DNA of 42,960 nucleotides from Escherichia phage vB_EcoP_P64441: sequence record PQ847473.1; one strand, 5' to 3'. Shown piece by piece: positions 34,848 to 42,960 of this stretch (position 1 is its first letter; each line of letters starts with the position of its first letter). The notes under the pieces were generated by a model. It saw only the letters and a program-made list of their open reading frames with translations, ran no database searches and was not told where the DNA came from. The position numbers and the translations under genes were made by a program.

Positions 34848-35029
34848 CAGGCTGCTGCTTTAACGGCAGCGATAGCCGCTTCCAGAGCCGCTACTTTAGC
34901 ATCGTATGCAGCGCCTACAGAGTTCACATCCAGAGGCTGGGTCAGAATCCGATAGACCTCCTTAGCGTGAATAGTAAGTTGACGCTGAAGCTCAGTCTTC
35001 TGAGCGAGGGTAGCTTTTGCAATTGCCAT
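34847..35029 (-). CDS. Hypothetical Ala-rich protein (60 aa)
   Basis: ORF whose stop overlaps the start of the spanin gene, suggesting coupled translation. Confidence 0.3.
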   Translation of the reverse strand: MAIAKATLAQKTELQRQLTIHAKEVYRILTQPLDVNSVGAAYDAKVAALEAAIAAVKAAA

Positions 35030-35055
35030 GTTATATCTCCTTAATTAATATTTAA

Positions 35056-36879
35056 TTAATATTTGATGCGTGCACTCGCACCACGCTTGCGCTTGTGCAC
35101 CATTGACTTCTTCCAGCCCATAGGGTTATCCATAAAGTCTAACGCCTTCTTAAGCTGGTCCTTCTCTGCTGCCTGCTTCTCATCCTCTACGAGGTGCGAG
35201 TTCAGTTCAGCTACGAGCATACTAATAGCGTCTGCCCGGTCATCCTTCGCTAGGCTACCACGGTCATAAGTAATACCAGATAACTGCTGGAACGCACTGT
35301 AAAGCCAGCGCTTATCACGACTGTACTGCATACAGTATTTGATATCGTCTTCCAGCGCCCTAGCGTGCACTACAAAGCGGTGACGACGCGTAACAGGGGA
35401 GATAGTATCAATGATACGTTTCTCCTTCTGGGACGTGTTATAACCGCCCCTGACACCAATGCCGGGCATACTACGCTCACGCAGACGGTTTATAATCAAA
35501 GATTCTACCGTGCCGTGACCCATGTTACGCTCGACAAAGATGTCAGTAATACCCATCTCGACCGCTAGGTCAATCAAGGTATCTACGTTCTCTGTGCTAA
35601 GCCCACCCTGCAACCCGCCTACAGTAAAGAGGTGGATGTAAGAGCTAACTGCACCACCAGCTGCAAAGGATACTTCATCACCACCGTTACCAGCAGGGTC
35701 AAGTACCAGCAGCTTGTGCTTGTAGTTGAGCATATGCTCCCCTATGTGACTCGGCACATACAGTTGCTGACCTCGGATACCTTCGTGTTCCTCTCCGTAG
35801 AGATAGCGCTTATCAGCCATGTAGTTCAGTCGGTCAGGTGCTACATCATGCGAGCCAGTGTAAATCAAAGCGTCACTGAGTTTAATCTTGGTACGTAGTG
35901 CATCGGACATGGTTGTGTCGAGCATATACTGTAATTGGAACCCTTCTGGGCCGAAGTCCAGTTCCTTCTCAATCAAGGCTTCCTCGTTATAACGTCCTTT
36001 ATCGGTGCATTCACCTAACGTACCGTCTAACCCAAAGCCTGTCTCTTTATACCCTGCGTCGATGAGGGTTTGAATATATGGGGCTAAGGTTTCTCCGTAA
36101 CGCTCACGCATCTCCTGATTAGGAATACGTCCAGGCCATACACGTACCTCGAAGCCACGACCCGGCAGTGTCTTGTAGATACTCTCCTTAGTCTGAGGAG
36201 TACCGAGGTACAGGGTATCACCGTGCGTACAGATAGCTGCAAAGTCTTTAGAGATGTTCAGTAACTGCTCACGCATTGTCTGCGTCAGGCCGTTCTTGGT
36301 TGTTTCAATATCGTCAGGAATCAGGAGGTCAGCACGTTTACCCTGAAGCTGCGCGGTAATACCAACACAAGCAATAGAGGCTGACTTATCCAGAGGTTTC
36401 AAATCGCAGTTAATGTCGTACCCTTCATAAGAGGTACGGTCACCACGGGTAGGGTCTGCTTTCAGGTAACAGAGCAGAGGCCACGTCTCAATCATACGAA
36501 TGACAAGCGTAGCTACTTCGGATGCCTGCTTCTCACCGCCAGAGACGATAAGAATACGTGTACGCTGGTCTTGAATAAGCCGCCATACAGCGTACAGGGC
36601 AGCCAACGTGGATTTTGCTTCGCCTCGTTGTGCAGCTACCATGCGCTTACGCGGACCGTGCTGCATGAAGTCAGCAATATCACGCTGCATCTCCGTCAGG
36701 TCAAAGCCTAGGAACTTCATACCTAAGTATGCAAACTCCCGGAAGTCCTTCAGGGTAACAGCCATCATCAGTGCTACTTCCTCGCGCTGGTCCTTAGGGA
36801 TAGTGCGGGGACTGTCATTCATTACTGTAGTGCGTTGAGATATTAGTTTCAATCGGTTCAGTGTAGTAGGACTAATCAC
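35056..36879 (-). CDS. Terminase large subunit (gp19-like)
   Basis: 'VGITAQLQGKRADLLIPDDIE' and 'DTLYLGTPQTKESIYKTL' parallel T7 gp19 '[21 protein letters not shown]' and 'VIYLGTPQTEMTLYKEL'. 607 aa. Confidence 0.9.
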   Translation of the reverse strand: MISPTTLNRLKLISQRTTVMNDSPRTIPKDQREEVALMMAVTLKDFREFAYLGMKFLGFDLTEMQRDIADFMQHGPRKRMVAAQRGEAKSTLAALYAVWRLIQDQRTRILIVSGGEKQASEVATLVIRMIETWPLLCYLKADPTRGDRTSYEGYDINCDLKPLDKSASIACVGITAQLQGKRADLLIPDDIETTKNGLTQTMREQLLNISKDFAAICTHGDTLYLGTPQTKESIYKTLPGRGFEVRVWPGRIPNQEMRERYGETLAPYIQTLIDAGYKETGFGLDGTLGECTDKGRYNEEALIEKELDFGPEGFQLQYMLDTTMSDALRTKIKLSDALIYTGSHDVAPDRLNYMADKRYLYGEEHEGIRGQQLYVPSHIGEHMLNYKHKLLVLDPAGNGGDEVSFAAGGAVSSYIHLFTVGGLQGGLSTENVDTLIDLAVEMGITDIFVERNMGHGTVESLIINRLRERSMPGIGVRGGYNTSQKEKRIIDTISPVTRRHRFVVHARALEDDIKYCMQYSRDKRWLYSAFQQLSGITYDRGSLAKDDRADAISMLVAELNSHLVEDEKQAAEKDQLKKALDFMDNPMGWKKSMVHKRKRGASARIKY

Positions 36880-36894
36880 CGCATATTCCTTTTA

Positions 36895-37194
36895 TTATAA
36901 GATTCCAGCTAACGGGTCATCAGGGTCTGCACCAGCTTTCGCCAGTAACCCCTGCGCCCGTGCCTTACGTTTCTCTGCTAACTCATCTTGGAACTCATCA
37001 CGTAGCTCCTGCATCTCCGTAGAGTCTGCATCTGCTGTAACGTCGTTGTCCTTAAGGAATTTAGCGATTACTGATTTGTCAGCAGCAGACATAGGAAGTT
37101 CTTCGTCCTTAGCCTGCTGTAATTCTGAAATGAGTACCTCGGTGAACATCTTGTGTAGTTCAGCGAGGCGACTCTTTGTAGCCGCCTTAGCCAT
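36895..37194 (-). CDS. Putative terminase small subunit (gp18-like)
   Basis: 99-aa acidic protein immediately upstream of the terminase large subunit gene (T7 gp18 is 89 aa). Assigned by synteny. Confidence 0.5.
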   Translation of the reverse strand: MAKAATKSRLAELHKMFTEVLISELQQAKDEELPMSAADKSVIAKFLKDNDVTADADSTEMQELRDEFQDELAEKRKARAQGLLAKAGADPDDPLAGIL

Positions 37195-37196
37195 TA

Positions 37197-40100
37197 TTAC
37201 TCCTTATTATGTGCCAGCGATTTTACCTGCTCCTTTAGACGGGCAAGCTCTCTACGCTGGTACAGCATCTCAATGAAGAACATCTGGTCAGGTCGAATAC
37301 CCCAACGACTTCCTGCAGGAGTAATTACACTTACATTACCTTCCTCGTCATGTTCCACCATCTCAGGGTACTCATCGTGGCACAGGAACCCGTACTTACA
37401 TGAAGTAGCATCAGGCTCCATAAGTCCGTGCGTAACGAGCACGTCACGCACCTGCTGTGCTATTACACCAAAGTGAGTACGAGCAGCGTCCCCTTTAGTA
37501 GCTAGACTGTCAAGCCACTTAAAGCTAATGATGTGTACATCCGCCCAAGCATCTAACAGTGCCGATTCCACTTCCTCCGGGGCTGTTTTAAGAGTACCGT
37601 CAGAAGTATTGATAGTGCCTGTAACAGCATACACCGTACTCCATCTATTAGACGCGCCCCCTAATGCTACAGAGGAGTCGTTATAAGGTAGCAGGTTGTT
37701 TTGAGTGTAGACACCTCCCGTTGCGTACAGGACTGCCCTATTAGGCGTACTGTGATTAGATCCATAGAGTTGCACAATAGCGCCAGAGGCAGCGGAGTTA
37801 CCTGACCCCCCGCTCAGAATAAGCCGTTGCTGTGCTGGGTTACCAGTAGGCACTGACTTGTAAATCTGACCGTAATCCCCGTCCAGAAGTACTTCAGACC
37901 GTACAGCAGGGATTCCGTTATGCCCAGTACCTGTAACACGTAAGGAGTTAACCTCTACGCTCTCATCAAAGACCATAGGCGCTGAAACATGGCGTAACCC
38001 GTCTACCCCCATGGACACAGGTACAGTACGGTTAGGTGCTGCCCCGTATTTAAAGTCGCGAGACACATGCTGCTGCGGACCTACCTTAATACGGTAGCTG
38101 TACAGGTCAGTAGGATGACCATCCTGCACGTACCAGCGCTTAGCAGAGTTACCTCCAATGGACCACGGGGATAAGAAATCCTCTCCGCCGAACAGATAGT
38201 ACAGCCACCCATCCTTAACGCATACAGAACCTACCCCTACTGAGGAGTTAACTATGTTACCCTGATAAATCTGGTCGGTAACATTAAACCACTGCACCTC
38301 ATCTAATGAGCTAGGCCAGTTACGGACGTTAACCTTGCACATAAAGGTGCGTGCGTAATTACCGTTGTAACGGTTATCAGGGGTATCCGCTTCCCACTCG
38401 TTTGCAGCCCGCTCGCTTGAGAAGATATACAACTCGTCCCCCACCTTAGCAAAAGGTAGGTTACTGTGATGTACCTTGTTAGGGAAACGTAAGTACTCCC
38501 AAGTCAAGCCTGAGTTAGTACTACGTGCCAAGGTAGAACCTGCGGAGGTGGCGGATGTTCCCCGAGTAGTAAGATACAACTCCCCGTCGTAATAGCGTAT
38601 GCAAGGTTCGGAGGCATCGTTCGCGTACTCCTGAGACACTGTACGACGTTCAAATACTCCGGGATTGTTGTACACATCAGGGAAGTACAGAATACCTAAA
38701 CGTCTAGGAGAGACGTCACCGTTATGATAACCTACTGCAACTGCGTTACCTTCAAGGGCGGTAAAGCTATGGGTTTCAGTTACAGCTAAGTCAGCGTTAG
38801 TAGAGTATGCGATTCCCGGCAGTAAGGTCACTTCCCACTGGCAGTCCCAGAAACGTGTACCAAAGCTCCAAGTAACCCCGGCGTTGGTCAACGTTGAGGC
38901 AGCTGCGTTAGTTAAAGGTACTGTAATAGTATTAGCGTCAACTACGGTACGTACTACAGTATTACCTGAAACACCCGTAACCCCAGAGTTCGAGAAGTTA
39001 ATAGTATCTCCTACCTTAAGCCCATGCATAGGAAGTACTACAGTAGCGAAGTTATCCCCAGCCACTGTGCTGATACCCCCAGTAGGCCTACGAGCATACG
39101 GCATTGGGCGCGACCACATCTCCGCCCGTACCCTCCTAGCGTCAGATAGATTACGGGTCTCTACTAGCATGTACAAGCGGTTATTAGAAACACCCATGCT
39201 CATACAATGGTAGTTAACACCTGAGGCATAGTTAGGGTGGATAGGAGTAAGCCATTCTGGCATCGTCCACGTCTGACCATCGTCACCTGAACGTACCCAT
39301 GCTACATGCAGGTTCTGTACGCCATGCCGTTCACCTGCCATGAATGGTGCGTATATTACATTATCATATACGAAAGACTTATCCTGAGTCCACGCATTGT
39401 AGAACGGGGTGTCTGTAATCTTAGTAAGACCTGCTTCGAAATAACCCTCCGATACATAAGTAAGAGGCTGACCCGCTAAGCGCTCATACTTAAACGCGGC
39501 ATTGCGGAAGCGGCTGAGGTCAGGTAAGGCAGTTACTTTAAAAGTTAAACCTTTACCGTCTATGTACTGATTAGGGGCCGCTGCTGCCAGCATGGCTTGA
39601 AGTGCTGCCGTATCATCCGTAACTGCATCACCTGCTACTCCCCATCCACGTACGTCAAAGGAATCTCTCCAATGAGGGTGGTAATACTCAGGATTAACCT
39701 CAGGCCCGTCTATGCGAGTTAAGGCGTTACTCAGTGCAGCTAAACTCTCAGTAGTAGCATAACCTCCTTCCAGAACATCCTCACCTAGTCGCATGAATAC
39801 GTGAGTACCTGCGGGAACAGGGTCGGCTAGTATTACTGTATTGTCCCTAATGGTGTAACTGTACCCCGGAGTTTGACACACCCCGTTAATGTACACTGCT
39901 GCCTTTGTGAAGTTAAGGGCAATTCGGAACTCTTTAGTAGGTTCAGTAGTGTTGAAGTACATAGGGTAGCTGGAGGTAACACCGTTAAATGCACCTTCGA
40001 TGTTATCTACCCTGGTACTCACCTCATCCAGCTGTGACTTATTAACTGCATCCGTAGCGTCCTTACCTGCTGCCAGATTAATGATGCGGAAGCCGTTCAT

Positions 40101-40445
40101 GTTGATAGTACCAAAGAAACCTTCGATACTGCGACCTTCTACCAGTTCCTGAGCTAAGTGCAGGAACTGGGTATTCTGAGTGTCTAAGTTCTCCTTAATA
40201 AAGGCAGCGCCTTCTGAGAACATGATGTAAAGAAACTCTTTAGCAGTGCGACGTACAATCAGTACAGTGCTCTCTGCATCGAGAGGCTTGTCAAAGCGGA
40301 TGCGCGTATCACTGTCCCAAGTAAAATCAAATACCTCTTCACGGTTCACGTACAAGTAAATGTAGGAACGGTCGAGATAGTTGATCTCTACTGGGACAGT
40401 CTGTGCACCAGCTGGTAGAATTTGTTCTTGCCAGCTATAGGCCAT
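37197..40445 (-). CDS. Tail fibre / tailspike 1: T7 gp17-like N-terminal anchor, depolymerase-like domain with Asp-box motifs, C-terminal intramolecular chaperone domain
   Basis: The N-terminal roughly 140 aa has gp17 anchor-domain character ('GFRIINLAAGKDATDAVNKSQLDEV' versus T7 'RRIVNLANAVDDRDAVPFGQLKTM'). 'GVAGDAVTDDTAALQAML' is a depolymerase N-terminal motif. Asp-boxes 'SGDDGQTW' (aa 386-393) and 'STNSGLTW' (aa 642-649). C-terminal 'TSDGTLKTAPEEV...ISFKW' resembles the endosialidase chaperone cleavage region (SDxxLK). Confidence 0.8.
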   Translation of the reverse strand: MAYSWQEQILPAGAQTVPVEINYLDRSYIYLYVNREEVFDFTWDSDTRIRFDKPLDAESTVLIVRRTAKEFLYIMFSEGAAFIKENLDTQNTQFLHLAQELVEGRSIEGFFGTINMNGFRIINLAAGKDATDAVNKSQLDEVSTRVDNIEGAFNGVTSSYPMYFNTTEPTKEFRIALNFTKAAVYINGVCQTPGYSYTIRDNTVILADPVPAGTHVFMRLGEDVLEGGYATTESLAALSNALTRIDGPEVNPEYYHPHWRDSFDVRGWGVAGDAVTDDTAALQAMLAAAAPNQYIDGKGLTFKVTALPDLSRFRNAAFKYERLAGQPLTYVSEGYFEAGLTKITDTPFYNAWTQDKSFVYDNVIYAPFMAGERHGVQNLHVAWVRSGDDGQTWTMPEWLTPIHPNYASGVNYHCMSMGVSNNRLYMLVETRNLSDARRVRAEMWSRPMPYARRPTGGISTVAGDNFATVVLPMHGLKVGDTINFSNSGVTGVSGNTVVRTVVDANTITVPLTNAAASTLTNAGVTWSFGTRFWDCQWEVTLLPGIAYSTNADLAVTETHSFTALEGNAVAVGYHNGDVSPRRLGILYFPDVYNNPGVFERRTVSQEYANDASEPCIRYYDGELYLTTRGTSATSAGSTLARSTNSGLTWEYLRFPNKVHHSNLPFAKVGDELYIFSSERAANEWEADTPDNRYNGNYARTFMCKVNVRNWPSSLDEVQWFNVTDQIYQGNIVNSSVGVGSVCVKDGWLYYLFGGEDFLSPWSIGGNSAKRWYVQDGHPTDLYSYRIKVGPQQHVSRDFKYGAAPNRTVPVSMGVDGLRHVSAPMVFDESVEVNSLRVTGTGHNGIPAVRSEVLLDGDYGQIYKSVPTGNPAQQRLILSGGSGNSAASGAIVQLYGSNHSTPNRAVLYATGGVYTQNNLLPYNDSSVALGGASNRWSTVYAVTGTINTSDGTLKTAPEEVESALLDAWADVHIISFKWLDSLATKGDAARTHFGVIAQQVRDVLVTHGLMEPDATSCKYGFLCHDEYPEMVEHDEEGNVSVITPAGSRWGIRPDQMFFIEMLYQRRELARLKEQVKSLAHNKE

Positions 40446-40447
40446 GT

Positions 40448-42960
40448 TTAATCTCCAAAGTTATTAATGATTGCACGGGTAGGCATGAACTCCTGCAAGA
40501 GCGGGAGACTACGGGACACGTCTTTAAGGTCTGCTTCTCCTGCTGCTACCTTCTGAATCAGTCCTAAGATGTTCATAGCATATCCAGTAGCGGTCAGGCT
40601 ATGACGTGGGGACTGGTCGCTGAAGATATCAGTCACGAAGCTGAAGCCGCCTAGTATACTCATAGCTTTAACAGCTTCTGCGATAATCTTACCTTCTGAT
40701 TCCTGCTTACCGTCAGCAGCGAAACGAGCTTGAGTAATAAGGTACATCAAAGGGAACTGATACGCAGCGAGATGGGCTAAGCCAATCCAGCCGTTATCAC
40801 GGTATTCACGACGTAGAATCTTGTTAGTACCTGCTACAGCAAAGCTACCGTAACCAACTACTACGCGACCTACTGGACTGAACTGTGCAAAGTGAGAAGT
40901 CTCACCTACACGAATCTGCTGGATAACATGGTCCATTAGACGAGTACCAATAATCTCTAGCTGAAGCTGTAAGTCATCTGGCAGTAAAGCATCAACATCA
41001 GGACTAGCAGCAGCTTGCATACGCTTAGCAAGTTCAGGGTCAAGACCCCAACGCTGTAAACGCTTAGTAGCTTCTGCATCTCCGTTCAGCATGAGCTTAA
41101 GCTCATCCATTACGATACCTGCGTTAACGTTAGTCTGAAGACGATGCACCAGACCCATACCGTTTACGTGACGTGCAGCCTGACCGATGTTCTGAGTGAT
41201 GTTAAACCAGCGGGAACTACGGGTAAGGTCTAAGTTATCATCAGCGTAAGAGTTCAACCAACGGAACCGAAGTTCCTTCTGAATGCTACCACGCAGGATA
41301 GAATCAAGACGAGCGGATTGACTAGCGTCTTTAGCGACAGCTGTAGCTTCCTTCCACCACTTTTCTTTCTTCATGCTGCGGAGTACTCGGGTCATCCCGA
41401 ACTCTTTCATAGCAAGCGCAGTATCTGCCAGCTGATACAAACCGGAGTTCTTAAGTACGGTGGCGTTGGCAAGGTTACCAGCAGCGCGGAATATCTCCGG
41501 AACTTCTGAACCCTGAACAGGTGCGCCTACCATGAAGTCGATAGTATCATCTACATGCTTCTGATAACGGTCTGGGTCGCGTACTGTAGACTTAGCTGTG
41601 TTAATCATACCTTCCAGTGCATTCAAGTCAGTTACACCCGCGTATGCAAATGCTACACGACCTGATACACGGTTAGTATAACCTTGCATCTGCTTAGCTA
41701 CGTCAGTATCCAGAATATCCGCCATACGCATAGCCTGGCCATTAACTACATACTCCTTCTGCAAGTCAAAGCGGTTACGAGTACGCAGGTTCTTAACCCG
41801 AGAAGTCTGAGTCGCTTCGCGTGCTACGTTAGTAGTAAGGAAGTTACGAATCTGGTCGTCTGCTACGCCTGCTGCACGCATTGCATCAACGATAACTTCG
41901 TTGCCTACACCGCCCAGAATACTACGCCATGCCGGACCAGTCTGCTTAGACTTACCATCATAGATGCTTTCGAACATCTCACGAGCTACGCGACCAGCAA
42001 CCTCAGCTGTCATATCTGGATAGATATCACGCAGGGCTTGACTGAACAGGTCGCGGTAGTCAGAAGCCTGACGCGCGCCAGTGTTAATCTGCTGACGAAT
42101 AGCATCGTAGCTGTACGAGCGTGGGAAGTAGTAAGGACTACGCTTAATCTGAGAATCCACCTCAACCAGTCCAGACTTCTGGAGATGGTCATACCATTTA
42201 GTAGCCCACTCAGAGTCTACATACGCCTTAACTAACGGGGCAATATCCTGAGGAGGGGTAGGAATCTCACGACCTGCTGTCTCCGCTGAGTATGCTTGGT
42301 CAAGGTATTGTGCAAGTTTAGACTCACGCTCACGACGAGCAGCTTTGAACTTGTTACGTTGCAAGAACGCATCCAGTAAACCAATACCATCTGCACGCAG
42401 GGAATCGATAATGGCCTTCTCAACTACAGAGGCTGCACCATCAAGCTCTAACTGTAGGTTACGCTTATAGTCAGCTACAGAAGGACGACGTGCACCTACT
42501 GCTGCGCCGTCGGCTACTAGCAGGTCTGCTAGGTCTTTAGAGCCTTCAGCAATGTTATCGTACAGGCTAAAGCTGCGAGCGAACGTCTTCTTAAAGCTAT
42601 CTAACTGCTTAACTGCACCATTAGCCGTATCGGCGAACTCACCGTACTCAGATAATGCCTGAGACTTATAACGGGTAACACCACGCTCTTTAGCAGCTAC
42701 ATCCAGAAGCGCATCATAGGAATCAAGCACAGAGTTCAAGGCATTACCTTCTACCTTAGCACCTAATGCTTTAAGGATAGTTTGAGCAATACGACGAATA
42801 GCACTAGCACCTTCTACTTCAGTATTACGCAGCAGCTTAACCAGACCTTTATCATCTGCAAGACCTGCAAGTAACTCTTCGTTACTGCTCAGGCTGTAGC
42901 GCATACGCGCATCAAGATTAGGACTAGTAAGAAGCTGCTCACGAATACGAGTAAGGTTAG
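40448..42960 (-). CDS. Internal virion protein D-like (gp16-like), C-terminal part; continues from 1..1385 across the junction (true unit ends at 42833)
   Basis: The 818-aa track ORF (MRYSLSS...) is really an internal segment; the frame stays open upstream through the window junction to the ATG at 1385. Confidence 0.7.
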   Translation of the reverse strand, partial: NLTRIREQLLTSPNLDARMRYSLSSNEELLAGLADDKGLVKLLRNTEVEGASAIRRIAQTILKALGAKVEGNALNSVLDSYDALLDVAAKERGVTRYKSQALSEYGEFADTANGAVKQLDSFKKTFARSFSLYDNIAEGSKDLADLLVADGAAVGARRPSVADYKRNLQLELDGAASVVEKAIIDSLRADGIGLLDAFLQRNKFKAARRERESKLAQYLDQAYSAETAGREIPTPPQDIAPLVKAYVDSEWATKWYDHLQKSGLVEVDSQIKRSPYYFPRSYSYDAIRQQINTGARQASDYRDLFSQALRDIYPDMTAEVAGRVAREMFESIYDGKSKQTGPAWRSILGGVGNEVIVDAMRAAGVADDQIRNFLTTNVAREATQTSRVKNLRTRNRFDLQKEYVVNGQAMRMADILDTDVAKQMQGYTNRVSGRVAFAYAGVTDLNALEGMINTAKSTVRDPDRYQKHVDDTIDFMVGAPVQGSEVPEIFRAAGNLANATVLKNSGLYQLADTALAMKEFGMTRVLRSMKKEKWWKEATAVAKDASQSARLDSILRGSIQKELRFRWLNSYADDNLDLTRSSRWFNITQNIGQAARHVNGMGLVHRLQTNVNAGIVMDELKLMLNGDAEATKRLQRWGLDPELAKRMQAAASPDVDALLPDDLQLQLEIIGTRLMDHVIQQIRVGETSHFAQFSPVGRVVVGYGSFAVAGTNKILRREYRDNGWIGLAHLAAYQFPLMYLITQARFAADGKQESEGKIIAEAVKAMSILGGFSFVTDIFSDQSPRHSLTATGYAMNILGLIQKVAAGEADLKDVSRSLPLLQEFMPTRAIINNFGD
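42834..42960. repeat. 127-bp terminal duplication of window positions 1..127 (circular assembly wrap-around)
   Basis: Direct identity of the last 127 bases with the first 127 bases. Both lie inside the gp16-like coding sequence. Confidence 0.9.

Noticed and set aside
34426-34863. 145-aa plus-strand ORF
   Set aside because: Antisense to the spanin and holin genes, with no supporting signals.
42834-42960. 127-bp identical sequence at both window ends as a true direct terminal repeat
   Set aside because: It falls inside the gp16-like coding sequence and simply continues the reading frame, so it is most simply the overlap of a circularised contig, not the physical terminal repeat.
1-42960. tRNA genes or an integrase/lysogeny module
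   Set aside because: No cloverleaf-like conserved tRNA features were recognised by eye, and no integrase or repressor genes were seen despite the Rha-like gene. The genome looks strictly lytic, though tRNA detection by eye is weak.

Overview
The window is a complete, circularly permuted genome of a T7-like podophage (Autographiviridae-type), about 42.8 kb per unit. The last 127 bp (42834-42960) repeat bases 1-127, so the window wraps once around a circularised assembly. Every convincing gene is on the minus strand; the plus-strand ORFs in the track are antisense artefacts. Reading the minus strand from the likely genome-end region (31.5-32.1 kb) downward: an early region of small genes with three sigma70-like promoters, each followed by a conserved hairpin leader element; a Rha-like regulator; pentapeptide-repeat protein 1; primase, helicase, an HNH endonuclease and a DNA polymerase split over two overlapping ORFs; pentapeptide-repeat protein 2; a metallophosphoesterase; a second HNH endonuclease; 5'-3' exonuclease; endonuclease VII; a C5-methyltransferase-like protein; the single-subunit RNA polymerase (placed at the end of the replication module, phiKMV-like order); then portal, scaffold, capsid, tail tube A/B and internal virion proteins. 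The largest internal virion protein spans the window junction. After it come a tail fibre with sialidase-like Asp-boxes and a C-terminal chaperone domain, terminase small and large subunits, a lysis cassette (candidate unimolecular spanin, pinholin, SAR endolysin) and a second pectate-lyase-like tailspike. The most unusual content is the pair of paralogous pentapeptide-repeat (DNA-mimic-type) proteins expressed from the host-promoter-driven early/middle regions, together with the thrice-repeated structured leader element. All calls rest on reading motifs in the translated ORFs and on sequence patterns; no database search was run.
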